Shown here piece after piece: positions 54,501-61,984 of a stretch of 64,000 bases of DNA. Location: contig NC_092678.1 in NCBI RefSeq assembly GCF_964355755.1, forward strand, positions 7,394,422 to 7,458,421, in the 5' to 3' direction. The stretch comes from Antedon mediterranea. Its lineage: Eukaryota; Animalia; Echinodermata. Position 1 is the first letter of the stretch. Each line of letters begins with the position of its first letter. The notes beneath the pieces are model-generated. The model did not search any database and was not told the DNA's origin. It saw only the letters and a list, made by a program, of their open reading frames with translations. The translations under genes and the position numbers were made by a program.

Positions 54501-57478
54501 TTTTAAAATATAAAAAAAAAATTCATAATACTGATAAATTCATATTAAAATAGGTCATGAACTTTATGTGATCTTGGATTAAAATTGTCACATTGAATAT
54601 CAATATGTGGAAACGTGACAAATGATTACAAAGCCGTTTATAATGAGTAGAAAAAAACCATAAAATTACCTTCTCTAAATAATCAACGTGGACCGTGTGC
54701 CATTCTCCATCGCTAACTCCTCCAGGTATGCTTGCCTCCACACTCGTTGTTTCGTCTCCCACAGAAAACGAGAACTGGACTGTGTCGTCAATGATTTCCA
54801 AAGCAATGAAATCGTTTCTCTGATTGTATCGGCCGTTGTAGAAAAGTAGTCCATTTCCAGTCAATGTGGCAAAACTATTTAAAGAACATAAAACCTTTCA
54901 TTGGAAGTTTTTCAGAAAAGCAATTACCATATATCCTCAGATATAATCCCACTTCGGGTCTAATCCCACACTCTACTTTACATGTGATCTTACAAACAGG
55001 CATATCTTTGGGTGTATTCCCAGTATTTGGTCTGGATAGGCTTATTTCTAGCCAGATTAGTTTTTATAAGAACTGCTTACCAATCACTTTTTTACTGGAC
55101 CAGGGTTTTCTCTGGGTATAGCCCCACCCCCAATTCGTGTTCTAGGGAGGTTGGAATATACCAGAAGATATACGGTATTAGTTATTGTACACTACTTCCA
55201 TATTAATATCAAAAATTGTTTTATATTAAGTATGATTTTAGCTTTTGTTATAGAGTTTATTTAAACTAATTTTTTTGTAAATTAATATAAAGAATTACAG
55301 TAGTTCTATAGGCTTTTACAACATTCGTTGTTTTATTCTGAAATATTTATCACAATTCTTCACAATTGGGGGTTTGGGGGTTGGGGAGAGGTCATGTGAG
55401 AGTAGATATAAATCAGATTTTTACTTTACTGCATCACGTAAGTACAACTGTAAAGGAACAAAGGTCACAGACTGTACTTGGGACGTCAGCCATTTCTATT
55501 ATTGGTAGCCCCAGCAACTCAAATGTTTGACTTTACTTTAATATCCAAACATCAAATATTGTTCCCCCAGCAAACGTCAGCTATTGGTCCAAACCTTTGT
55601 ACAAAGACTGGATGAAGAGTTGTGTAAATATGCTAGATACAACAATGGTAGCTGCACAAAGTTATGTAGACAAACCAATTTGATGTTATAACAAGGGCTA
55701 GAATATAAATTTTTATAAGCCTAGAGAAGTATTACAGTCTCAAGGGAAGGAACACTGTTGTAACCCTCAGGATTTTACCTTTAACAGGTGGCCTAGTTCA
55801 TAAACCCATTAAATTTTACTATGGAAGAATTAGTTTATGTCCAACAAACCCCTATAAAATATGCAACATTTATTTATTTATGTTTCTTTTTCTGCAAAAG
55901 ATTTACCTGAAACAGGTGACCAGATTTTACAGACTGTATTTTATTTTGAGAATATATATGAAAGAGGCCCCACTGCAGTATTCTCATAATCGTTTAATCA
56001 CACCAATAATACAATGTAAAGTTGCCGAGAGAAATAGACATTTTAAGGGACTAAGAGAAAAGATGCTTGTTGAATTGAAGTGAAGATTTACCAAAACAAG
56101 GCCAACAGCCATAAGTCACGTGCTAAAACGCATAGTGATACCAGACCGACAGACAGACCGACAGAGTGAACTATAGAGTCGCGTCCACGCGACTAAAAAC
56201 AGAGGAGTTTGTATACTCGTTTCTACTCATCCCCATGTGTTCAACCTGTAGATTTGACCTTTGAACTTGACGCTAGTTATTTGTCCCTCTAACCCGACAT
56301 GGGCCATTTGTGGCAACATTCGGTTAGAAAATGGCTTTTTAATTTATTTCATCAAGTTATACAAATAGTGGTGAAAATTTGATTTCGAGAAATGAAGATA
56401 GAATCGGTAAAATCAGTAAGAAAATTATATATTATTAGATGAGGAGAACTGAAGATTTGCTTTAAACAGATTCGGGCAAGTTGGCAGGTCTGGAATATTA
56501 TCATGAGTTGAATACCGAGGTGAACAGCCACCTAGCAACAGATTCAACTCTATATCCAATAACTACATAGGTTGGTAACCTTTCAGTGACCTATTCAATT
56601 TAATGTTTAATAATATTTTTGAACATTGCAATTGGCAATTTCAAAGAACTGAAATGTACCATGCAAATTAAATTTCTCTATTGCAGCAAATGTCAAATTT
56701 ATAGTGTTTAATATAGCATTAAATGCACTAGCAAGCTGTTAAAATTGTAAAGATAGGGTAACCTTGGTTATACCTTACAACTTGGGTGTGAGATAGTGAG
56801 GAAACCATCCACAATTATTATAGAAAACGGCACACTAAAAAAAGGCAGTCTAATTGGAAATTTATAAATGAAGGTTTAATTATTCTCAGTGCACAAATAA
56901 TATATAGAATATTTAATTTAATTTAACCCAATTTTTATATTGTGCAACTTAATCATGGAATAATCTTCCGAACAGTATAGAAACATTTTTGTTTTCAAAC
57001 AACTTAAAAAACAAATTAATACAATTTTGTTTCCTCCTCTTTTGCCGTTTACTGGAAAATCTTCATTGTTTATTTTCTTTAGATTGTTTTTCAATTTGTT
57101 TTATGTATGTGCATATTAAATTAGATCAACTTTTAACATCATAACTGAAAGTGTACTTCATATAAGAGATAGAAATGAATAAATATGATGAATGTAAATA
57201 AGAAAAAGTTAGTAAGAAGCAAAAGTAGTCTTAAAATAAAACAACAAACCTGAGTGAAATTTTGAGGCGTATTCTTTGAGTCAACGCATAGAACATTAGG
57301 AAAGCTCTCTCCGGGAAGTTCCGCGTCCGCATGTCACAGAAAGGCTCGTCATACCCCCCATCACATATGCACTCGAATCCACCACCAATGAGATAGTTTA
57401 CACATCGTCCACCGTTTCTACATATGTAATGTTCATCTTCGCATCTATCTTCATTATAATTGATCTCACAATTCACAC
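278..57478 (-). CDS. CELSR: CELSR/Flamingo adhesion GPCR, partial multi-exon gene (30 exons in window; cadherin exons upstream of window)
   Basis: Exons join in one frame across GT-AG sites. Domain order EGF-LamG-EGF-LamG-EGF-LamEGF-HRM-GAIN/GPS-7TM. CELSR-typical motifs: FATLTGNGLLFYNGRYN, FLDLTGP, WWPRTKF, HLYRMMTEIRNINHGQMTFYY, DSDSDS..LASSHSSD, HSTPK. Confidence 0.97.
1634..1976. repeat. Tandem duplication of ~160-185 bp AT-rich unit
   Basis: aaataggctttatattaaatt...ccatcactttaaaaga occurs twice. Confidence 0.85.
2833..2868 (-). CDS. CELSR: CELSR 36-nt symmetric tail exon (GYSPVPVYYYTT)
   Basis: ttttgtttgcttttaAAG acceptor, GTGAGA donor, GC-rich island, phase 1-1. Confidence 0.6.
3670..3870. 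repeat. ~44-bp degenerate tandem repeat, ~4 copies
   Basis: cacacctgtgcagccgg..agcacacat..ggccaacca. Confidence 0.8.
3932..3976 (-). CDS. CELSR: CELSR 45-nt symmetric tail exon (APAPGRDSQKIWFIP)
   Basis: ttttcttcattccTAG acceptor, GTATGC donor, phase 1-1, open frame. Confidence 0.68.
4277..4327 (-). CDS. CELSR: CELSR 51-nt tail exon (AVDSQPPVPGPYHSTPK) with NAGNAG acceptor
   Basis: ctctaCAGCAG acceptor, GTAAAC donor; HSTPK as recalled from vertebrate CELSR tails. Confidence 0.82.
4956..5102 (-). CDS. CELSR: CELSR exon: conserved acidic/Ser tail motif
   Basis: CAG / GTAAGA; EQDSDSDSDASV..SMSLASSHSSDEDDD. Confidence 0.9.
5648..5692 (-). CDS. CELSR: CELSR 45-nt symmetric tail exon (DPMAMQVRPPLPNLM)
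   Basis: tgcttccatgcttcctaCAG acceptor, GTAAGT donor, phase 1-1, GC-rich island. Confidence 0.7.
6411..6606. repeat. 26-bp G-rich minisatellite, 7 copies
   Basis: Unit ggatcagattggaaatggtgggggtg. Confidence 0.95.
6634..6666 (-). CDS. CELSR: CELSR 33-nt symmetric tail exon (AYFKPRTTNLD)
   Basis: gtttgcgtttcttattattttTAG acceptor, GTAAGT donor, phase 1-1, open frame. Confidence 0.7.
6880..7028. mobile_element. PIF/Harbinger-like MITE, copy 2 (full length)
   Basis: TIRs agctctgtctacactatcaaact / agttgatattgtagacagagct. Confidence 0.85.
7225..7411 (-). CDS. CELSR: CELSR exon: Ser/Thr-rich cytoplasmic tail
   Basis: CAG / GTACGT; RSNLAY..NVGISTTSTSSRTGSKTSSG..YDYYP. Confidence 0.88.
7678..7871. 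repeat. Tandem duplication, ~99 bp
   Basis: acaaatgcacatgtgca..gtaggagcatctcc..acacatggctgctgtgagtctat occurs twice. Confidence 0.88.
8210..8293 (-). CDS. CELSR: CELSR exon: helix 8 / proximal tail
   Basis: TAG / GTAAGT; ARYAWWVCCMKIRGKKVGDDLHSNATIS. Confidence 0.88.
8337..8483. mobile_element. Tc1/mariner/pogo-like MITE (degenerate)
   Basis: TA|cagtcaactctccaaatactggac...gtctggtattgggaaacttgacta|TA. Confidence 0.62.
9113..9281 (-). CDS. CELSR: CELSR exon: TM6-TM7
   Basis: TAG / GTAGAT; TSLCAAAILSPIICITWVFGLLAVN..YLFAFFCCLQGLLMFLFHCLINSK. Confidence 0.95.
10238..10246 (-). CDS. CELSR: Candidate 9-nt microexon in ICL3 (adds A-L-M)
   Basis: Minus strand: tgtttttttgtctgtttttgtctcTGCttaaaacAG|AGCCTTAAT|GTAAGTA. 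Frame-preserving in a phase-2 intron, no stop. Confidence 0.6.
10518..10740 (+). mobile_element. Element with two tandem tRNA-like heads; second copy at about 48963-49179
   Basis: cagtggt(t/c)t(g/t)atggt..aagcagaa..aaatcttggttggg occurs twice; linker ctcattctcacagattagaatttcttctg is shared with the 49.1-kb copy. Confidence 0.6.
11570..11850 (-). mobile_element. tRNA-derived SINE with Meta-like central domain; related copy at about 53560-53770 (+)
   Basis: Minus strand: tggctaagcggttaagg (A box), gttcaatgccc (B box), then ggaacaagtcttctcggataaggactataaaccg..gaagagtagggggttacccc, shared with the 53.6-kb copy. Confidence 0.65.
12201..12280 (-). CDS. CELSR: CELSR exon: TM5-ICL3
   Basis: CAG / GTAAGT; FNLVLFIMALRVLLQSTDKNTEFAGLK. 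Confidence 0.9.
12698..12764 (-). CDS. CELSR: CELSR exon: ECL2-TM5
   Basis: TAG / GTAAGT; CWLSMNHKLIWSFAAPVIATVF. Confidence 0.94.
12959..13303. mobile_element. Kolobok-like MITE
   Basis: TTAA|agatgtattgtcccccaaaa...tttagggggacaatatatct|TTAA: 20-bp TIR, TTAA flanks, AG termini. Confidence 0.8.
13614..13852 (-). CDS. CELSR: CELSR exon: TM3-TM4
   Basis: CAG / GTAAGT; FCTFVAITLHFTLLSVFSWMFIEFFHLYRMMTEIRNIN..FYYLVGYGIP. Confidence 0.95.
14273..14476 (-). CDS. CELSR: CELSR exon: TM1-TM2
   Basis: TAG / GTAAGC; LTISVIFLMVALFGF..SNLNSIHVNVVLSLIIAEIIFMAGI. Confidence 0.94.
14689..14820. mobile_element. PIF/Harbinger-like MITE, copy 3 (full length, TAA TSD)
   Basis: TAA|agctttgtctacactatcaaac...gtttgatagtgttgacagacct|TAA. 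Confidence 0.88.
14947..15070 (-). CDS. CELSR: CELSR exon: GPS motif with HL|T site and Stachel (not in ORF track)
   Basis: AAG / GTACAG; SNGSGGWSSKGCALEG..VTCACTHLTNFAVLMTSNQQ. Confidence 0.95.
15197..15308. mobile_element. PIF/Harbinger-like MITE, copy 4 (right TIR missing)
   Basis: ctctgtctacactatcaaac..gtgcccaaatatggtagtgatatgacatca..gggcacatca. Confidence 0.82.
15555..15737 (-). CDS. CELSR: CELSR exon: GAIN and start of GPS
   Basis: TAG / GTAAGT; VVNTPVVSL..PIIIEF..NPQCVFWDF. Confidence 0.94.
15886..16200 (+). mobile_element. Helentron-associated (HINE/DINE-like) element, degenerate
   Basis: ttatttacctccgccaagtagg 5' end, then (GTTT)n microsatellite and agcaggattactcaaaaa; right end approximate. 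Confidence 0.55.
17108..17348 (-). CDS. CELSR: CELSR exon: GAIN
   Basis: CAG / GTAAGT; MRFQFLERN..IPQYE..ILLP..VASFILYTDLGALLP. Confidence 0.92.
17709..17895 (-). CDS. CELSR: CELSR exon: GAIN (not in ORF track)
   Basis: TAG / GTAAGT; KVISSLNHLLDDDNYYHWSVIQ..GTVDIMKNFE..TYATDTV. Confidence 0.9.
19171..19377 (-). CDS. CELSR: CELSR exon: GAIN subdomain A
   Basis: TAG / GTAAGG; LRYLDSG..LYGNDVNISY..HESKQKGLDVTATQESTFIG. Confidence 0.92.
19678..19874 (-). CDS. CELSR: CELSR exon: hormone-receptor motif (HRM)
   Basis: TAG / GTATGT; IYDSCPR..GLWWPRTKF..CPNGTIGEAARGC..WLTPDLFSCTS. Confidence 0.95.
20066..20243 (-). CDS. CELSR: CELSR exon: laminin EGF (not in ORF track)
   Basis: TAG / GTTTGT; AYHYRKEEECLPCNCYDPGS..GQCYCLNGVIGQHCDECTDPFAEV..GCE. 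Confidence 0.94.
21290..21549 (-). CDS. CELSR: CELSR exon: EGF / laminin-type EGF
   Basis: CAG / GTAAGT; HFGPTCTEACDLDVCQHGSEC..GLWGFPICGPCNC..CNKTTGECTCR. Confidence 0.94.
21735..22420 (+). mobile_element. piggyBac-like deletion derivative
   Basis: TTAA|cactttcaccgcca at left, tggcggtgaa at right. Two 22-bp palindromes aaagacggaaat(c/t)tccgtcttt. Acidic remnant VLTADEAIAEIFADSDSENE at about 21976-22035. Confidence 0.6.
23551..24107. repeat. 18-bp minisatellite, ~31 copies
   Basis: Unit ggctgaggtggtgttgat, nearly invariant. Confidence 0.98.
24590..24743 (-). CDS. CELSR: CELSR exon: EGF
   Basis: AAG / GTAAGT; GVKVG..GCNYENPCKSDPCPVDSMCIDDWKTYHCEC. Confidence 0.93.
25139..25249 (-). CDS. CELSR: CELSR exon: end of LamG2
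   Basis: TAG / GTAGAA; QTEIVVYEIAGSPVSILEVGG..GFSGCIQ. Confidence 0.9.
25399..25548 (-). CDS. CELSR: CELSR exon: LamG2
   Basis: TAG / GTAAGT; VENGYVQYRY..INDGEWHYVEAEW..LDYGKVT. Confidence 0.92.
25782..26776. repeat. 82-84-bp minisatellite, 12 copies
   Basis: Unit ttgctcttgtccttttcacaagtgtcgcttcaatagggtgtcccctgaaaaggggttttcccccaaaaaatgggttctactt. Confidence 0.97.
26868..27043 (-). CDS. CELSR: CELSR exon: LamG2
   Basis: TAG / GTACAG; SSQPKRFDGVGVVRYE..LPWKNSVSFRTRATAGLLMYI..IFFE. Confidence 0.9.
31176..31465 (-). CDS. CELSR: CELSR exon: end of LamG1 and EGF
   Basis: TAG / GTACTT; FLDLTGPFIIGGLP..DFIGCIRD..CENGGSCISQWNTYQCECRQGYTGQRCEQ. Confidence 0.95.
31930..32045 (-). CDS. CELSR: CELSR exon: LamG1 (not in ORF track)
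   Basis: CAG / GTAAGT; TATISIDDCDVEVALHFGSSGETEYKCAARATQATTEK. Confidence 0.93.
34400..34490. mobile_element. PIF/Harbinger-like MITE, copy 5 (partial)
   Basis: tta|agctctgtccacactatcaaac..caaatatggtagtgatat x2. Confidence 0.8.
36219..36320. mobile_element. Short degenerate element with CAGGGG(C/T)GGATC-type ends
   Basis: caggggtggatctaga...tcttggatctgccctt, similar to the TIRs at 42028-43596. Confidence 0.5.
39584..39655 (+). mobile_element. tRNA-derived SINE head or tRNA pseudogene; related copy at about 1172-1250 (-)
   Basis: A box tagcttggtgg, B box gttcaagtcc, ttggctacca shared by both copies; acceptor stem imperfect. Confidence 0.6.
40154..40247. mobile_element. PIF/Harbinger-like MITE, copy 6 (internal deletion)
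   Basis: agctctgtctacactat...gatagtgtggacagagct. Confidence 0.82.
40371..40500. repeat. Perfect tandem duplication, 63 bp
   Basis: ttacattctggccatagagagggcaggctctgtgtggacgtagctttattttttaaata occurs twice. Confidence 0.92.
41578..41900 (+). mobile_element. Degenerate SINE; related copy at about 7530-7675
   Basis: B box ggttcgagacctgtctg followed by ttgcttgtacc..caag in both copies. Confidence 0.5.
42028..43596. mobile_element. 1569-bp non-autonomous DNA transposon, 16-bp TIR, 7-bp TSD
   Basis: CAAATTT|ctggggcggatccaga...tctggatccgccccag|CAAATTT; no transposase ORF. Confidence 0.9.
45995..46280. repeat. 18-bp degenerate minisatellite, ~15 copies
   Basis: Unit aagtgactaggttaataa. Confidence 0.9.
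49178..49347. mobile_element. PIF/Harbinger-like MITE, copy 7 (internal 20-bp unit triplicated)
   Basis: cactatcaaactagtttgacaaa..(caaaatatggta..)x3..acagtgtagacaaag. Confidence 0.82.
49744..50148. mobile_element. Foldback MITE with ~145-bp inverted arms
   Basis: 49744-49888 is a near-perfect reverse complement of 50007-50148; ~118-bp spacer. Confidence 0.9.
52569..52882. mobile_element. Palindromic non-autonomous element (possibly Crypton-type); fragments at 22962-22991 and 63001-63072
   Basis: Hairpin 52569-52730 around gaggcaaagccga; its 3' part matches the reverse complement of 63001-63072. Confidence 0.7.
54670..54874 (-). CDS. CELSR: CELSR exon: LamG1
   Basis: TAG / GTAATT; FATLTGNGLLFYNGRYNQRNDFIALEI..VSDGEWHTVHVDYLEK. 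Confidence 0.95.
54927..55175. mobile_element. Tc1/mariner/pogo-like MITE (degenerate)
   Basis: TA|ccatatatcctcagatataatccc...ggaatataccagaagatatacgg|TA. Confidence 0.55.
56093..56199 (-). mobile_element. Short Helentron-associated element
   Basis: Terminal hairpin agtcgcgtccacgcgact next to an A-run, plus (GACA/GACC)n microsatellite. Confidence 0.6.
57250..57478 (-). CDS. CELSR: CELSR exon: EGF repeat and start of LamG1
   Basis: CAG acceptor, GTTTGT donor; GVNCEINY..CRNGGRCVNYLIGGGFECIC..RIRLKISL. Confidence 0.93.
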
Positions 57479-60400
57479 CTGAAAAGGAAAAATATATTAA
57501 TTTATTGTTTATAAAGAAAAAAATGTTAACAATTAAACAACAAATGACAATTTATGCAGGCTTGTTGTCTACCGTCCAAATACATATATAAACACAATCA
57601 TTGTTTGTTAGGATCTTGAAATATTGTTCTCACTATTTTAAACTGTTGCTGCTTGGGAATGTGTTTTGTACACTTAAAGATGGTTTGTTTCTGTTTAAAA
57701 AATGTCAAAACAATGTTTCCTGCAGGTTTTATAAAACTGTATTTTAAAATCTGTTTTTTTTTTCATTTTTCTGGCAAAAAAAGATCGTTTCAAAATAGGG
57801 TATTTTAAATCTGTATTTGTTTGCTCAGCAGAAACAGGCCCATAAAATCATCACCAACCCTGATTTTTTAAAATTCTTGTCTTTTTTATTCATTGCAAAC
57901 GTGAAACTATGTTAAATGGATAAATTGCAAATAATTCAATTCTATCCAAAACATACTCATTGCATTCAAATAATCTAGTTCTGGCTTCTAAAAGAGCTTA
58001 CATACCTTTGAATAGAAATAACAATTTAATATTACATGTAGTAGCAACCATTAGCTTACTTACTAAAAGCTCTAAAGCCTCTTTTACATATTCAGTGGAA
58101 TCTAATGGTATATTAAGTAAGCATATTGCCAGTAATGTCAGGCTAGACCCTTTTACACTGAAGACAAATGACAGTAATTCAGAAAATTTTTCCAAAAAAA
58201 AGTCAGACGCAGATGACTTCTAAAGCTTAAATTCAATCAAATAAGGATATCAAGAACATCTTAAATTTATACTTTGATTTAAAACTGCTACAGTATACCA
58301 CACAAACATGTGCAGATAGAGATGTTCCCTACATTTTCTGAAGATGGGACCTGATCTTCCCCCACTTTTCATCGACAAACCCATAAAATGTGTATACAGA
58401 AGCAACTTAGCAGCACTATCAAAAAAGTTATTTGAGAAAGTTTTTTTTCCTTGCTTCTCAAATTCCTGCACTTGGTATATTTTCATATTTTTGTTATTTA
58501 TATTTTTGTAAATTTAAAACTGTTTCTTCTGTGTGAAATTCCAGAAACTATAAAATGTACAAACAGCATAACAGAGTTGAAATTCTATAGAGCCTGAGCG
58601 ATACGATAACAGCTTGAGGCAAGTATAGTACAAGAAAATGACTATTTGTAAACAATGCTAGAAATATGATCACTGCAGAAATAATAAATAGGCAAATGGT
58701 TGTCATTGATAAGCAATAGGAAAGAATGATTTGTTGACTAAAACATGATCTGAATTCATTGTCAAGATAACAATGCAGTCATACTAACAGCATCAAAAAG
58801 CCTAATATACATTTTACATGTTACAAATTGATAATATTTGTTATTTTTGTGATATTTTAACAGAAAAAGAAATCAAATTATAAAAAGCAATACACAATAT
58901 TTGTAGAAAGACTTATGAAATATTTGGCCAAATTAATCAAAATTATATTTTAAACAATTAAATAACAAAAAAAAGAAATATTTTGACAACCCCTGTAGAA
59001 AAAAAACTGTAGGCCTACCAGACTAATTTATTTATAAACCTGCACATCTTTAGTAGATTTTTTTCTCACCTGTGGAAATGTTAAAATAACATACTAGCTC
59101 CCTGTCTTTCTTCAGTTATGATTAAACTGCTCATTTAATGAACCAAAACCTAGGGTATCAAGAGGTTTGTTTATAACTAGCATCAGGGGCTTTTTATCAC
59201 CACAATGTTTATGGCTTTTCTGTCATAGGCCTAGATTCTTTATACCTTCTGCTGTTGATCATGCAGGCTAAAGGTTGCTTTATCCTCTATGCCAATGATG
59301 AGGTTTTGATTGTCTTGGATGGAACTAGAATATTTTAGATGGTAATTCAATCTGCATTTATTTATAAACATAAATGCATTTACATATTATTTTCAAGTAC
59401 TTACACAAGATATATAGGTCATATACATTTTGCTTTGGATCTTTGTGATTTAATGGATAATTAATGGCAAATGTATTCATTTTATTTTTGAACTATGCCA
59501 AAAGGTATTGAAGATTTCTGAACTGTTTTAAGAAAGAAGCAGAAACATTTGAAGAAGAGAATTATGTTGGTTGTGGTGATGGTAGCAATGAGACCATGGT
59601 GTTATTGTTGTCAACAAAGTGATTAGATGGTATTGCTGTATTTGGGAATAGTGGTGATGATAATGATATAGGAGTAATAGCCTTTATGTTGGTGGCATGG
59701 CAGTGGTTGTTTGATGTCACAGTGAGCATAAAATGTGTTTTTATCAGTTGCGTAGTGGTTGTGCTGATGTTTGCATTTTGGAGATGATGTCATAAATGGT
59801 AATGGTAGCATGGCATTGTTGACATTTGAATATAATTGTGGCAACCATGGTACAAGCGGGTGGTATATAGCAGGGACTATGGTGATGTTGGAGATTTAGA
59901 GCTGTCTAAGTAGGATTGCAATGGTGGTATTGATGTTTGTTAGTAATGGTGGTGGATGTAGTGGGACACCGCTCAGTGGTTTGTGTTTGGGGATAACATA
60001 GTAGAATTGATGGTGGAATGGCAGTCTCAGTGGTTGTATAGAATTTCCTTTGGTGATGTCATAGCACAAAGTGGTGGTATAGCAGTGATATACCTGTAAA
60101 TGTTGTCAACTTTTTGTATCAAATTTTTTGCAGCCTAGAGAAAAAGGTAATTGTTGCATGCAACAGCATAGCGTGAATAACCGATAACTTTCAACTCGTA
60201 CAAACAGGCCCCTAAGTTGATAAAAATAAGACTATAAAATACAAAGACCATAAAACCTACTGATGACACTACAAATGCATCATAAACAACTATTCATCAT
60301 CATAAAATGAAGGCAACCAATAAACACACCGTGCAAGTGACATTTATGAAGTTTTCTGCTGGGATTTCACAACAGACACACTCGTAATAAATGTTATATC

Positions 60401-61747
60401 AAGTCTAAATTAAATTCTACAATTTCAATCAACTCAAATGCACAATAACATTAGTGATATACTGTCGTTTATTTTCCATAAAATCAGACAGATGGGTATT
60501 TTTATCACTCGCAGACATTTCTTTTAATTAAATTAGATTTTTTATTAATTTTTATTATTTTATTTAATTAAATTTCTTTAGCTAGAATTGATAGATTATT
60601 TGTTCTCCTGTAAAGCTATTATAAATCTTTGTAAAATATAGAGATGAAAATTTCCCAGAATAGCAGAATGTCTATTTACACAGGCAAGATAGAAAGAATA
60701 TTGAAAATGATAATGTATGCATTAAATAACAAATTAATTAAAAAATAGATTACTAATAGCAATGACTAAAAATATTATTAAGAAATTGCTGATTTAGAGT
60801 GTGCTTTTAGTTTGTTTATGATCATTGTGAGTACTAATAAAAATCTACTGGAGTTGTGAGATGCTCGGCGACATTCGACAAGTACATTCAAGTAGCTGAA
60901 GTGAGCTTTACCGGCTGATAACATATTTGATCTTAACCGTATTGGACAAGCTCCCTCGGATGTTGAAGTATATGAGGAAATGGTTATTGTTATCAATTAT
61001 TATTAATGAATATATATTAGATATAGTACCACTCTGATGTAGACTTAGTGAAAATGATGGCAATAGACAGCATGGAAGTGGAAGTAATAGGGCCAGGAGG
61101 GATGTAAACTGTACCTAATGTACAGTACATTTGGTTTATTTGGTCTCCTTTGACGCCCACCAACATTTGTTATTCTGCATCCCCCCAATATTCTACTGTA
61201 GTACAGTATACACTCAACTCTCCTAACAATATCCTAAAACATTTTGTTAGGCCTTCCACTCGTACAGTAGCCATTTTTCCTGAAGTGCCCTAAATAGTGA
61301 CCACTAGTAAATTGCTAGTAAAAAGGCCTCACTCATTTTAGTTGTATGGTAGTACACAACACTTGCCCCTTTTTATGGAAAAAAGAACCCCCTTTAAAAA
61401 TCCTGGCTATGGGCTTGCACCCCAGCCTAAATTTAACATAGCACGTCCCACACAAGAAATCTATGGTTACTGGAAAAAAATGCACTTTTTTTTTACACCA
61501 AGTTAGCTAGCTGCTACATCCAACATTTTTAATTCACATATTTTTGCAATATTCCATGTTGACCATTTTTATTTAAATTTTAAATTATTATTATCCAGGT
61601 CCGCATTAAAAGAGGAGCAACAAAAACATCCGGTTAATAATAAAGTTTAAAATAAAATCCTTAATCTTAAAAAATACCATTAAGAGTATCAATATGATAT
61701 AATTCACTGAGGGTGGATGTACTATTGCACTGATATTGGATGTCTAC

Positions 61748-61984
61748 AGCTCTACACTATCAAACTTTATATGACAACAAATGTGATGTGTTCATATATA
61801 AGGTAATGATAATATTGGATGTCTGAAGCTCTATACTCTCAAAGTTTATGACAAAAATAATGTGTCCATACAGTATATAATAATAATAATAATAATAATA
61901 ACAATTATGATAGATCTATATAGCGCAATAAACGACCATATTTGGGCACATCACACTTTTTTCTCAAACTGGTTTGACAGAGCT
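61748..61984. mobile_element. PIF/Harbinger-like MITE, copy 8 (rearranged, interrupted by a (TAA)n retroposon tail)
   Basis: agctctacactatcaaactttat...ccatatttgggcacatcacac..ttgacagagct. Confidence 0.72.
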
